Assembly (NCBI GenBank): GCA_964016885.1
Contig: OZ024757.1
Location: 12,462,001-12,526,000 of the forward strand
Source: Eledone cirrhosa
Lineage: Eukaryota
Length of the DNA: 64,000 nt
Direction of reading: 5' to 3'
Numbering within the stretch: position 1 is the stretch's first letter; each line of letters begins with the position of its first letter. The notes beneath the pieces are model-generated. The model had not been told where the DNA came from, did no database searches, and worked only from the letters and a program-made list of their open reading frames with translations. Shown here piece after piece: positions 24,610-40,154 of the stretch. The position numbers were made by a program, and so were the translations under genes.

Positions 24610-25135
24610 TAGAAGTGGTTGATAGCTTCTGTGATTTAATTAACAGTGGAGGATGACTGTATAACACCTGCCAACAAAATACGATGCTGCATGGTAGTGA
24701 AACAAGGGCTGTGACAGCAGAAAAAAAGTGTAGACTGGAGAGAAATGAAGCAACCATGATTCATTGGATATGCCATTTAAGTGTGAGAGAAAGGCAGAGC
24801 TTGGACAAGTTGAGGGAGAAGCTGGGTTTAAGAGGGATCTTAAGAGATGTGTAAGAGAGAAGACTGCATTGGTACGGACATGTGATACACATGGATAATG
24901 ACAGCTGGGTGAAGAAGTGCCAGGACATCCCAGTAAAAGGAAGCCATAGTAGAGGTAGACCAAGAAAGACCTGGACAGAGGCTGTGTGAACTGACTTCAA
25001 ATGACTGACTCTCACAGAGGACATGACAAAGGAACATGACAAGTTGAAAGATGCCATGTTGAGAAGGACCTGTCCAACCAAGAATGCATGGAAAAACGAA
25101 TATAAAAACAGTGATGATGTTGATGAAGATGACGT
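24610..25135 (+). mobile_element. Degenerate RTE 3' fragment
   Basis: MLHGSET/LERNEA/WYGHV remnants and a (GAT)n-like tail. Confidence 0.75.
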
Positions 25136-25182
25136 ACATATACACACATACGTAATAAATAAATCAAATACAGATATGTACA

Positions 25183-25510
25183 GTGGAGGCACATGGCTTA
25201 GTGGTTAGAGCATTGGCCTTGCAATCGAAAGGTTGTGAGTTCAATTCTCAGACCGTGTGATGTGTTTTTTCCTTGAGCAAGACACTTTATTTCACATTGC
25301 TCCAGTTTACTCAGCTGTAGAAATGAGATGATAGGGACTAGGGTTTATATCATTCCACTGCAAAGTGGCCATGAAGGTGCAATGGCAAAAAAGCACCCAG
25401 CACTCACTGTAAATGAGGTTGGTGTTAGGAAGGGCATCCATCTGTAGAAATCAAGCCAGAATCAGTTCCCGTCCCACCCTTGCAAGCAGACGCATGATGA
25501 TGATGATGAT
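25183..25510 (+). mobile_element. tRNA-derived SINE with RTE family A tail
   Basis: A and B boxes, 'ggtgttaggaagggcatcca', 'cccacccttgcaagca' and (GAT)n. Confidence 0.8.
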
Positions 25511-25779
25511 ATGCACATACTTATATACAAACATATACATGGACATAAATTTCTACACACATACATTCACATATATATAATGTATGTAAATTCTGAACAA
25601 TACAGTTTTGTCAGCACAAGTCTTGGTTACAACTTCTACAAATAAAATTAAAGGAGAATAATTTATTAGTAAAACAGTTTTATTCAAGATATTAACAACA
25701 TTGGTGACACTATTTTAGGTGAGTGACATGGTTTTTTATCTTGTCTGATTGTGTTTGTGTTGCATCAAGTAACCTTTAC

Positions 25780-26185
25780 AAGAGAATTATTTATAACAGA
25801 CACCAGAGTGATATGGTTCCTCTCCTGTATGTTAGTGTGTAGGGAAGCCACAACTTATAGAGAATTATTTACCACAGACATCAAGGTGATATAGTTCCTC
25901 TCCTGTATATGTTAGTGTGTAGGGAAGCCACAACATTTAGAGAAGGATTTACCACAGACATCACAGTGATATAGTTCCTCTCCTATATGTTAGTGTGTAG
26001 GGAAGCTACAACATTTAGAGAAGGATTTACCACAGACATCACAGTGATATAGTTCCTCTCCTATATGTTAGTGTGTAGGGAAGCTACAACATTTAGAGAA
26101 GGATTTACCACAGACATCACATTGATATGGATCCTCTCCTGTGCGTTAGTGTTTAGTGAAACCAAAATTAGAAAATGATTTACAT
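25780..26185 (-). repeat. 78-bp minisatellite derived from a degenerate C2H2 finger
   Basis: Period of 78 bp (25939, 26017, 26095). The reverse translation KCCSFPTH*HIGEELYHCDVCGKSFS contains a stop. Confidence 0.85.
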
Positions 26186-26554
26186 GGGTGGAGGTGGCGA
26201 GAGCAGACCTTTAAAGCTCATGGTGCAGATGACGAAGGACCGTGACAAGTGGAGAGATGCTTTGCTGAATAGGACCCATCCCACCCTTGCAAGCAGGGAA
26301 AAGCGGACGTAAAATGATGATGATGATGATGATATGGTTTCCCTCATCTATGCATATATTTAGTTAAATTGCTCCATTAAAAGATATATTTTCAAAACAT
26401 ATCAAAGTGATATGGCGTCCCACCTGTATATGTTTGTGTGAAGTTAATGTAGCATTGAAAGAGAATGATTTACCGTAGATATTACACTGATATATATTTG
26501 TATTCTCATTAATTCACAATTTTGCGAGGATTTATCACTGATGTCAATGCATTA

Positions 26555-28193
<1,639 letters not shown>

Positions 28194-29009
28194 TTACATT
28201 ATATTCCTAAAAAATATATCTTCTATATTTCCCTCAACTGTGATTTCAGTTAATAGTCTTCAAATGATGATAAATAGAGGTGATGTATCCGAGATTGAAA
28301 ATAATAATTTATCCCAATGTCATCTGGTATTCTGAAATAAGAAAGAAACAGTATGAGATAATACAGAATACTTAAGAAGCAGAGATAGATTTAACAGTGG
28401 AAATTTTATATTTCTATATTGGTAAACTGTAGATATCAACTTTCCTGTCCAGAGTAATTCTCTCCAATGCAAACAGTAGTATTCCAGCATGCTCTATAAA
28501 TGTTATCCTTCTATCTCTAGAGAAGTCTAGGAAAATTCATTCTGATAGGACTCTCTAACATAGCAATCATCTCCTCTCCTGGTGACATGTCAACACCAGT
28601 TTAACTTCCATCTTTTTATTAGTAGGAGTCAATTGTTCCTCTATATCTTTTTCTTACTTCTTTTCTATCTTTCTCTGGGAGAAATCGGCCGTGTGTGTTT
28701 AGACCAGGAGTTACTAGTCTATATGAATCCATACAATCTGATTTCACTTGAAGTTTTATTCAGATCTCAATTGTGTTCAGATGAGAGAGGTGATGGGCTC
28801 CATCAGGTTTTAAAATATGCCCGAGAAATACTGTATGTCACTTAGTGTACCCCTACGACTCCACTAGTGTTTCATTTGTTTAGGAATATGTCTGGGTTAG
28901 CCAGCCAAGTATCAGTAGAAGGGAAAACAGGGCCCTGATCCCCTCAGAAAAATGGCCTTGCTCAGTGTGCTAGAAAGGTGTAGGTAGAAATTCCATTCTC
29001 TGTCCAAAA

Positions 29010-29575
29010 TACAAACAATGGGTACACAAGAGATGTAGTGGGATCTCAGGTAGGTTAGCTAAGAATATAGGTTTTATAAGTGGCCATTGCACAGGAGCAG
29101 TAAGCAGCAAGCAGCAAACATTCACAGGAAGCAAAGATTGACTTTCGTCAAATTGGACTGAGGAAACAATGTTTCCATTGGTCTTTCCAATTGCTAATAC
29201 TATCTTTCAGTCAGAACTCCAGGTAGAAGGAGCAATGTTACATAAAATCTCTTGCTCAAGGACATAACGCATCACCCGGTCAGTGAATCGAACTCACAAC
29301 CTCACGATTGCGAATCCAATTCTCTAACCACTCAGCCACACACCTTCACAGGAAACAAGCTCTAACAAACTGTTGGAGGGTCACATAGAAGAGGTAGACA
29401 GCTTCTGTTACCTGGGTGATGATATCATCAGTGGAGGTGGGTGTTCTGAAAGTAGAGCAGCCTGAGTGAACATGGAATGGAAAAGGTTCAGGATGCTACT
29501 ACCACTGCAACTTACTAAAGGCTTTTTCCTCAAAAGAAAGGGCATGTTGAATAATGCGTGTATACGAACAGTTTA
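29010..29575 (+). mobile_element. RTE fragment (degenerate PHD and thumb) interrupted by a reverse SINE at ~29140-29350
   Basis: WVHKRCSG and FCYLGD..SSGGGCSE remnants. The SINE A/B boxes are on the minus strand. Confidence 0.75.
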
Positions 29576-29639
29576 ACACACACACACATATATATATATA
29601 TATTTATATAACTGTGTGTATATACATATATATATATAC

Positions 29640-30075
29640 ATTAAGACAATGTCACTGGACCGAGATCTTTGGCGCTACTCAGTAATACAGAAGACCCGCC
29701 TTGCCTATGTACAAAACAAAACCTACAGTCAGTAGGCACCTCTTAACCAAATATACACCCCCCTTTCTTTGTAAAGTTATGTTGGTAACACAACATCCAG
29801 TCCTAAATAAATGAGGTCGTGTAGGTGTCACGACAAAAGAACACACAGTCCACGCTGTAATGTGGCTGTGTAGGTAACATGGTAAAAACCTCCCAGTTTA
29901 CACTGTAAATGTGGTTGGTGTTAGGAAGGATATCCAGCCATAGAAAACATGCCATCTAGTCCTATACAAGTGAGATACGGTCACCCGACCAATCTTACCT
30001 CCAGTGGGACAATGCCCGTCTAAACCCATGCTAGCGTGGAAGGTAGACGTTAAACGATGATGATGATGATGATGA
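29640..30075 (+). mobile_element. RTE family B 3' end
   Basis: Matches 48835-49305 and has a (GAT)n tail. Confidence 0.8.
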
Positions 30076-30139
30076 CAAGCAATATATATAATCTAAGTAG
30101 AATGGTATAATGAAAGCATATAATGTAGGTACAGCACCA

Positions 30140-31595
30140 ATTCTCATAAATTGCTACAAAGGTAAAGGGGATGCTCTAGAGAGGAGCAATTATAGGGGCA
30201 TAAAGCTGATGGATCAGGTTATGAAAGTGGCAGAGAGAATATTAGCGCAGCTGATTAGAGAAAGGGTCAATTTAGATGAGATGCAGTTTGGTTTTGTGCC
30301 TCGGAAAAGTACAACAGAAGCCCTCTTCTTAGTGAGGCAACTACAAGAGAGGTTCTTAGAGAAGAATAAGTCTCTATACTTAGCTTCTGTTTGGGTACCC
30401 TGGTCTGTCATCTGGTGGTCCCTAAGGAACTAGGTGTAGAGGAATGGCTTGTGAGGACAGTGCAAGCTATTGTACAGGAGTGCTGTCAGTAAAGTGAGGG
30501 TAGGAATGGAGTTTAGTGAGGAATTCCAGATACAAGTAGGTGTACATCAAGGTTCGGTCATTCAGCCCACTCTTGTTCATTATAGGCCTCCAAGCCATAA
30601 CAGAGGAGTTTAAGACTGGATGCCCATGGGAACTTCTCTATGCTGATGATCTGGTTCTTATAGCAGAATCAGTAGAGGAGCTAGAGAATAAATTCTGGCT
30701 ATGGAAACAGCAGTCGGAATCAAGAGGCCTGAGAGTGAACATAGCTTAAACAAAAGTGTTGATAAGTAGAAAAGAGGACAAAACTCTGATTCCATCAGGG
30801 AAATGGCCATGTTCGATACGTGGGAAAGGAACTGGCATAAATTCCATAAAATGTACGCAATGCAGATGTTGGGTACACAAGAGATGTAGTGGGATAGCAG
30901 GCAAAGTAACAGGTTGGGAGAACTATCTATGCAGTAGATGTACAGGGAAAGTTGGCAGTAGTAATCGCAGTGATAGACACATTTTTCAAATACAGGTGGG
31001 TTCTATAGATGTGGTTGATAGCTTCCGGTACCTAGGTGATCACGTTAGCATGGGAAGGGGGGGGGGGGCGTTCCGAGGCCATAGTATCTAGAATAAGGAC
31101 GGGTTGGAAGAAGTTTAGGGAGCTGCTTTCTCTGTTGACAAAGCAGGGTTTCTCCCTGCATACGAAAGGATGGTTATATGATGCCGATGTGCGATGCTGC
31201 ATGGTAGTAAGACATGGGCAGCAACTGCAAAGGATGTGACGGTTGGAGAGAAGCAAGCATGCTCCGTTGGATGTGCATTGTCAATGTGTGTGAACGACCA
31301 AGCTTAGACGAGTTGAGAAAGAAACTGGGTATAAGAGGGATAGGTTGTGGTGTGCATGAGAAAAGACTGAGATGGTATGAACATGTGACCACTGGGTAAA
31401 GAAGTGCCAACTAATCCCAGTAATAGGAAGATGCAGAAGAGGTAGACCACGTAAAACATGGGCGGAGGTGGTGAGAGAAGACCTCAGATCGCTGAAACTC
31501 ACAGAGGAGATGACAAGTGGAGAGATGCTGTGCTGAATAGGACTTGTCCCACCCTTGCAAGCAGGGAAAAACGGACGTAAAATGATGATGATGAT
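30140..31595 (+). mobile_element. RTE family A, 5'-truncated and frameshifted
   Basis: ORFs 30110-30433, 30540-30749 (LYADD) and 30756-31091 (PHD-like), then a (GAT)n tail. Confidence 0.9.
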
Positions 31596-31769
31596 ATATA
31601 TATACTAGTATTCCAGTGTTTAGGGAGAGACCGATAACATTGTTAGAACACATTGCAGCCTTGAAGAGATGGTTTCAACAAGATTGGGTGATGAAAGTTA
31701 TAGTTTTTGTAGTAGGATCTCATCACATAAGGTTCCTTCAAAGATTCTTCTAGAGTTACAGAGTCATTT

Positions 31770-32078
31770 ATATATATATGTGTGTGTGTTTTGAACAATG
31801 AAAATAAAACTAGAGACAAAGATATGTTCTTAACTAGTTCATTGTTTTACGATAATTTTAGAGGTTTGATTGATCATGGTTGATTGATATATTGACAAAC
31901 AGGTAGTTGTTATGTCACTAACTATTTCTAGTCTCAAAATCCCTGATCAATCACACCGTATCAATATATTGATTTACCATGATCAATCAACCCTCTGAAA
32001 CGATCGTAAAACAATGAACCATGTCTCAGACTTTTGTTTTATTTTCAATGTTCAATACCCACAAACACACATATATAA
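31770..32078. repeat. Foldback element with ~130-bp imperfect inverted arms
   Basis: gttcattgttttacgat..agagg.ttgattgatcatggt pairs with accatgatcaatcaaccctct..atcgtaaaacaatgaac. The outer arms ttgaacaatgaaaataaaac and gttttattttcaatgttcaa also pair. Confidence 0.75.
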
Positions 32079-32109
32079 TTGATAATTTCTTTGGAATAAT
32101 TGATAAGAC

Positions 32110-33345
32110 TTGTGGCTGGAACAAAGTACCAGCCAGACAGAGGGTGACCTAGTGGTGAAACAGCACAGTAGATAGAGCTATTAACCCTGTAGCATTTACA
32201 TTACTCTATATTTACTATTATATTTTCATGGCAAAGTCTTTATCTCACATAATATTGAATCTATGAGACTTTGATATTACTTATTTTGAGGACAATACAT
32301 TAACATCAATATGAGCAGCGAGTTACAGTCGGTTTGAACAGAAAGAAGTGAGAGAATTCTGGCTGGATATGGCCAGTTTAAATGCTAAAGGGTTAAAGAC
32401 AAGTGACAGGCATGGAAATACAGGAAAAATAGGGGCGTCAGACCAAGAGCAGGTAGCTAAGAGAGAAGCTAGAAGACAAGTATACATAACACAGAGAGAG
32501 GCTGAGAAAAGAAAGTTTGCCAACGTCTTGAGACATGAGAATCAGAGGTGTGAAGTGTTTCACATTGCAAGACAGGGAAAGGTGTGTTAGAAATGACACT
32601 GGTACACTTAGCACCACTGATGCTCAAAAGAAAGAGGCCTGGAAATGTTACTATGAGAGATTGATGAATGTATAGAATAAATTAAGAAGCAATCTTAGAC
32701 TTTTGTTCTATGTTCATTGTTCAACACACATACACATATAAGTGACATTTTCTTTGGAATTACTGATGAAACTACAAGAAACTACAAGAGAGGTTCCTAG
32801 ACAAGATTAAGCTGCAATATTTAGCCTTTATAGATCTAGAAAAGGCCTTTGGCAGAGTACCTTACTCTGTTACCTGGTGGTCCTTCAGAAATTTAGGTGT
32901 AGAAGAATGGCTTGTGCGAGCAGTGCAAGCCATGTACCTCTGTACATGGCTTGCTGTCAGTAAAGCGAAAGTAGAAGGGAGTTTAGTGAAGAATTCAATG
33001 TACAGGTAGGTGTTCATCATGGTTCAGTTCACAACCCACTGCTGTTCATCATAGTTCTCCAGGCCATAACCAATGGGTTTAAGACTGGCTGTTCACGGGA
33101 AACAGTCTATGTGAATGATCTGGTCCTTATACCTGAATCCATAAAAGAACTAGAGAATAAGTGACCCTATTGCGCATGTAGGAACGAAGTAGGCATAAAC
33201 TGTACACAATGATAGCTTCCGCTATCTAGGTAACCTAATTAGCAGCGGATGAGGGTGCTTCGTAAGAGAGGATAGAATTGAAGCTTAGAGAGCTACTTAC
33301 ACTGTTGGCAAATACAGGTTTCTCCCTACGTACTATGATGATGTA
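32110..33345 (+). mobile_element. Degenerate RTE fragments
   Basis: AKREARRQVY..EAEKRKFANVL, then the same fragments as 17918-19005. Confidence 0.75.
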
Positions 33346-34885
33346 GATGAAGTAAATTAAATCAAAATAGATTTAGACTAAAACGAACAAAACTTCCCTG
33401 CAACAACAACAAGGTACAGCTAAATATAAATATATTTTATAATGTAAGGTAGTGAACTACATAATTAAATAGACGGAGGTAATTTAAATAATAAAGACAG
33501 TCATGATAACAATATATTTTATATCACATGTAACAATGGAATCTGGTTAATTACTGGATCGTTGTAGGGTTCACATAATTATATTATTTACACACATTAA
33601 TATAGACATTAAGTAAATCTTTGTCAACTTACCTCCTTCACATATAATCAATGTGTTGTGTTGTTAGTTGTTCCTAAACAACCAAAGAAATAATCTCTTT
33701 GTTATCAAATTAGAAGTTTCAAAGATGTTATCAGCTTTATTTCACGACATTAACGTTGGTGTATCTTCTTCATCTTTAGTCCTAAGTTGATATCTTGTCA
33801 GAATGAAGTAGTGAGGCTGACATTATGTCTTTAGCTACAGATTTGAAAGGAATTATATATATATTAGGTTGATATGTGGTCTAAAAATATATATATTGTC
33901 TATAAATGACTGATAGCAGATGTTCTGGTGAAATAGTAGTTTTACTACTACAGATTGTAATGGAACTCTTAGTAGAGACAATTGTAAAGTAAGAATAGAT
34001 ATAACAGTGTAAGACTGATGTCGGGGAATTAAAATTGTGTGTGTATATATATATATATATGTAATTGTTACACCAGATATAATTAGATTAAGAAGACAGC
34101 AGGTACTCGATGTCGTTGGAAATGATTTAGCTCCCTTACCGGTGTCATTAGTTAAAAGTCCCTGATATAATTTAATACATCTAGACAGTTCCAATCGTAT
34201 TTAATCGATAATAAATGAAAAGGCATCACTCAGTAAAATATCAATTATATATCTACGTAGTGTCTCTGACTGCTAGAAATAGCAGTGAAATTATCCATTA
34301 CAGACTTTTCTTTCTTTAAACTCTTACGTTTAGTCGATGTTGGTGTTGAGAATGTGTGTATTTGTGTATTGTATCACGGAAGTCACCATTGAAGATGTTA
34401 AAAGCAATGTTGTGGAAAATAGCATCGTACAACTTTATAATTGTTTATATATAATTTATTTACAGATTACAAAGGTTAGAAGGATGTCTCTTGAGAGGAC
34501 AGTTAATGTTATCAATAAAAAGATTATAAAGATTTAAAGACGTACGGTCAACTGGCTGAGGCGTTAGCCAGACCTGTAGTGATATCTGTTGCTACATATT
34601 GTCTATGTTTGAGGAACGAAAGCAAGAGATGTTTACCTTCACGGTGTCGAGCTGCAAGAGAGAGAGTTTCGAATCACCGTGAAATATTTTTCCTTCTGAG
34701 CTGAGGTTGAGATGCATTTTCCTACGCTGGTAGCTATTGTCTGAACTAAGCCAAACAACGCACAGAGAATGTATCCATGAGCCCTCGGAATGTAGGTCAC
34801 TACAATACCCTCTATTTAGTCTGCAAGACGATATATAAGATTGAATCAGCAGGAAAAAGGCTTAAAGAGAGGACATCAATGAATA

Positions 34886-37410
34886 TCATCATCATCAACA
34901 TCATCATCGTTTAACGTCCATATTCCACATTTGCATGGGTTTGGATGGGAGTTTTCCCACTTGAGGCAAGAGTGGTTGTCTTGCTCGCATAGGACTGTCT
35001 GGCAAGTTTCTACGGTTGGATGCCCTTCCTAACACCAACCACATTTACAGTGTAGAACTGGGAGGTTTTTACCGTGTTATCTACATGACCACATTACAGC
35101 GTGGACTGTGTGTTTTTTTGTCGTGACACCTACACGACCTCATTTGTTTCGGCCTGGATGTTGTTGTACCAACATAACTTTACATTGAAAGGGGTGGTGT
35201 GGATTGGGTGGGGGTAGTGGGACGAGGGTGTATTTTGTTAGAGGTGCCTACTGACTGTAGTAGGTTTTACTTTGTATTTAGGGAAGGCGGGTCTTCTCTA
35301 TTACTGTGTAGCGCCAAAGATCTCGGTCCAGTGACATTTATCAAGGTCAGAATTTATCAAGTCGTCCCAGGTTTTTCTGGGTCTGCCTACTCTGTGGCTA
35401 CCGTCTATTTTTATTGCCCTGCACTTTTTTATACAGCTGTCGTCTGTCATGCGCATCACGTGACCATACCAACGTAGCCTTCTCTCGAGTAAACAACATC
35501 TGATCCCTCTTATTTCTAATTTTTCCCTTAGTTCGTTTATGCTTTGCCGTTCACGTATATTACTATCACACATCCAACGGAGCATGCAAGCTTCGTTCCT
35601 CTCTAGTCTGCGTATATCCTCTGCACACAATGCCCAGGTCTCACTGCCATGCAACATTGTTGTTCGTATGCAGGCATCATACAGACTGCCTTTCATTTTT
35701 AGGGAGAACCCTTTAGCGGCTAATAGTGGTATAAGCTCTCTGAACTTTTTCTATCCAGTTCTGACTCTAGCTACTGTACTTTCAGAGCACCCTCCCCCAC
35801 TGCTGATTTTGTCACCCAGGTAACGGAAGCTGTCCACTATTTCTATAGAACCATCTGTGCAATGGAATGAGCTAATATTCTCTGGGCACTTGCTGCTACT
35901 TATTGCACCAGAGCACCGGCCACATATAAAATCTATGTTCTTAGTTAGCTTACCTGTGATCCCACTACATCTTTTATGCACCCATACTTTGCATTTGGGA
36001 CATAAAATGGAGTTTCTACCTACTCCTTTCCTACACACTGAGCATGGCCATTTCCTGGATGGGACCGGCGCCCTATTTTCCTTCCTACAAACTAGAACTT
36101 TAGTCTTAGACAGGTTAATTTTAAGGCCTTTTGATTCTAGGCCATGCTTCCATGTTTGGAATTTCTTCTCTAGTTCGGCCATTGATTCAGCTATGAGCGT
36201 TAGATCATCTGCGTATAGGAGTTCCCATGGGAAGCCGGTCTTGAACTCCACTGTTATAGCCTGAAGGGCAATAATAAATAGTAGGGGGCTAAGAACGGAG
36301 CCCTGATGAACACCAACTTTTACGCTAAACTCTTCACTATATTCGTTGTTAATTCTAACCTTGCTGACTGTTTCTTTATACATGACTTGTATAGCTCTCA
36401 CAAGCCATTCATCAACACCTAGTTTTCTAAGAGCCCACCAGATAATGGAACAGGGGACTCTGTCGAAGGCTTTCTCCAAGTCGACAAAAGCTAAGTATAG
36501 GGGTTTACTTTAGCTAGGTACTTCTCCTGTAGTTGTCGTACAGTGAAAAGAGCGTTTGTGGTACTTTTGCCTGACACAAACCCGAACTGCATTTCATCTA
36601 GATCAATTCTCTCTCTGATTAGTTGCGCTATTACTTTTTCTGTGACATTTATGACCTGGTCGATTAATTTAATGCCTCTATAGTTACTCCTATCTCCTTT
36701 ACCCTTGTAGCAGTTAATGATGATGAAGCTACGCCAGTCCTTCAGAACAACCCCATTCTGTATGACTTGGTTTACTATCCGTGTGACCATGGTGTGTCCC
36801 ACCGTTCCAGAGGCTTTCAGCATTTCAGCAACTATTTCCGAAGGCCCAGCCGCCTTACCTGTCTTCATATCTTTGATTGCCTTACTTATTTTACTACCTT
36901 CGACTAACACTGCTGTTCCCTCTATTGGGTCGATGTGGGGGAGACTGTCTTTCTCCCATTTATTCTCCTCATTTAGTAGCCTTTCGTAGTGACACTTCCA
37001 AGCTACCTTCTTATCAGCGTCAGTGATGGCAAGTACACCATCATTATTAAGTACACACTTCTCCCCGACAATATCACGGTTTTCCTTGACACATTGCCTA
37101 GCAATCCTGAACACTTCACGTTTTTGGTCCTCGCGTTGTAGAACATGCTTGAACTTTCTTTCCTCTGCTTCCCTTCTTGCGAAGTACACTTGTCTCCTAG
37201 CTTCCCTCCTGGCCACTTGATAGTCTTCTCTACTTCCCCCATCCCGCCATACATTCCAAGCCTGCTTTTTGGCCTTAATTGACTCCTCCACCTTACTGTT
37301 CCACCACCATGTTACTCTCCTCCTGCCTATAGATCTGCTCCAGCCACAGACTTCATCTGCTGCCATTAGCAGGTTTGCTTTCAGGAATTCCCACTGTCCC
37401 TCTATATTGT
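34886..37410 (-). mobile_element. RTE family B, 5'-truncated (linker, RT, PHD-like finger, thumb, 3'UTR)
   Basis: ORFs 36491-37522, 35751-36479 (VHQGS, LYADD, CSVC..CPKC..WVHKRC..CGRC) and 35301-35696. (CAT)n tail at ~34886. Absent from copy A. Confidence 0.93.
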
Positions 37411-37496
37411 ACATATATATGTATATATATATATGAATATATATGTATATATATATATGTATATATATATGTATGTATATATAATATATATATGTA

Positions 37497-38341
37497 CATG
37501 TGTAGACGATATTTGATCGCAATTTTCAACTGCTAATTTTATGCAAATTTTTTTAACTTCCGTTGTCACTCTTGTCCACATAAAAACTGATTATTTTCAG
37601 AATAATTGATTATGAATAATTTTGAACCGCCAAATTTGTGGAAGAGACACGGAGTTCTTCTTGGAATCTGCGCCGGGAGGACAAATAAGACCAGAAGATA
37701 AACTCCCAGAACAACATGTGGCTCGCTGTCTCATCCAAAGACGTGCCCAGAGTCATGCAGATAAAGTTTCCACCGACAACATTGGTCTTAGGTGTCGTCA
37801 TGCCACCTGACTGTTTCCCTGAGGGTCTCAAGCTGAACGCTGATGGCTACATTCGCATTCTGAGCGAGGTAGTAAAGCCCTGGATCGACCAGGTAGCTGC
37901 AGGTAGGCCGTACGTGTGGCAGCAAGACTCAGCGCCCTGCCATACCAGTCGAAAGATCCAAGCCTGGCTGACAGAGAACTTCGTCGACCTCACTTCCCCT
38001 GACATCTGGCCTCCCAGCTAGCCTGACTGCAATCCTCTCGACTTCTTTGTGTGGGGCGCAGTGGAACGAGACACCAACAGATCCAGCTGTAATACGAAAG
38101 ATGATCTGAAGGCCAGAATCATAAGTGCCTTAAGGGGCCTAAGTCAGGGGACTGTGACGAAGGCCTGTAGCCGGTTTCGAGGCCGTCATCAGAGCCAATG
38201 GCAGGTTTATTGAGTGACATTGAAAGAACAAGTCATGAAGACAAACTGACCCAAGTTTGATAAATAATTCTTAAAAAACAAAACTACGGTGTTATTTTTT
38301 CCTAGACAGTAATCTTGCGAATAATTATCGTCCGCACCCTG
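37497..38341 (+). mobile_element. Internally deleted DD37D (maT-type) transposon, paralog of 20703-21581
   Basis: WQQDSAPCH...WPPS*PDCNPLDFFVWG with the same TIRs and the same stop. Confidence 0.88.
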
Positions 38342-38392
38342 TATGTATACATATATAATATATGATATATAATATATATATATATATATAAA

Positions 38393-39808
38393 AAGGGGAT
38401 GATCTGGAGAGGAGCAATTATAGGGGTATAAAACTGATGGATCGGGTTATGAAAGTGGCAGAAAGGATATTAACACAAGTAATTAGAGAAAGGGTCAAAC
38501 TAGATGAGATGCAGTTTGGTTTTGTGCCTGGGAAGAGTACAACAGATGCCCTCTTCTTGGTGAGACAATTGCAAGAGAGGTTCTTAGAGAAGAATAAGTC
38601 ACTATCCTTAGCCTTTGTTGACCTAGAGAAGGCCTTTGATAGGGTACCCCAATCTGTAATCTGGTGGTCCCTAAGGAAACTAGGTGTTGAGGAATGGCTT
38701 GTGAGGACAGTGCAAACTATGTACAGAGGTGCTGTCAGTAAAGTCAGGGTAGGAATGGAGTTTAGTGAGGAATTCCAGATACAAGTAGGAGTACATCCAG
38801 GTTCGGTCCTCAGCCTGCTCTTGTTCATTATAGGCCTCCAAGCCATAACAGAGGAGTTTAAGACTGGCTGTCCATGGGAACTTCTCTATGCTGACGATCT
38901 GGTTCTTATAGCAGAATCAATAGAGGAGCTAGAGAATAAATTCTGGCTATGGAAACAGCAGTTGGAAGCAAGAGGACTGAGGGTGAACATAGCTAAGACA
39001 AAAGTGTTGATGAGTAGAAAAGAGGACAAAACTCTGATTCCATCAGGGAAATGGCTATGTTCGATATGCAGAATAGGAACTGGCATAAATTCTATAAAAT
39101 GCACACAATGCAGATCCTGGGTACACAAGAGATGTAGCGGGATAGCAGGCAAACTAACAGATAGGGAGAAATATGTATGCAGTAGATGTACAGGGAAATT
39201 AGACAGTAGAAGTTGCATTGATAGACACATTTTTCAAATGCAGGAGGGTGCTATAGAAGTGGTGGATAGCTTCCGGTACCTAGGAGATCAGATTAGCATG
39301 GGATGAGGGTGTTCTGAGGCCATAGTATCTAAAATAAGGACGGGTTGGAAGAAGTTTAGGGAGCTGCTTCCTCTGCTGACGAAGAAGGGTTTCCCCTGCG
39401 TACGGAAGGCCAGTTGTATGATGCCTGTGTGAGACATGGGCAGCAACTGCAGAGGATATGCTCCGTTGGATGTGCAGTGTAAATGTGCGTGAACGACCCT
39501 GCATAAATGTGTTGAGAGAGAAACTGTGTCTGAGAGGGATAGAGTGTAGTGTACGGGAGAGGAGACTGAGGTGGTATGGATATGGAGGATGACCGATGGG
39601 TGAAGAAGTGTCAGGAAATGCCAGTTGAAGATGTGGTAGAGGTAGACAACGAAAAAAATGGGCGGAGGTGGTGAGAACAGAACTCAGATCATTGAAGCTC
39701 ACGGTGGAGATGACGAAGGACCGTGACGAGTGGAGAGATGCTGTGCTGAATAAGACCCGTACAACACTTGCAAGCAGGGAAAAGCGGACGTAAAATGATG
39801 ATGATGAT
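38393..39808 (+). mobile_element. RTE family A, 5'-truncated (paralog of 21628-23100)
   Basis: The 289-aa ORF 38437-39306 has LYADD and the C4HC3 motif. Same 5' truncation point as copy A. Confidence 0.92.
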
Positions 39809-40154
39809 ATATATATATATATATCATCATCAACACTGTTTTACGTCCGTTCTTCTATGCTAGCATGGGTTAGACGGGTTGTCCTGTTGTGGGCAGTGTC
39901 CGGTTGGCTGACCTTGTCATGCTCATACGGGAACTGATTTTGGCTTGATTTCTACAGCTGGATGCCCTTCCTAACACCAACCTCATTTACACTGAGTGCT
40001 GGGTACTTTTCTTCTGTGGTGCCTACATGTCCACTTTATAGTGTGGGTTGATATATATATAATATATTTAATATATATATATGTGATATATATATATAAC
40101 ATATATATAATATAATATATATAGCATATATATATATATAATATAATATATATA

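Noticed and set aside
25183-25260. tRNA gene
   Set aside because: The A and B boxes continue into a SINE body and tail, and no full cloverleaf is evident.
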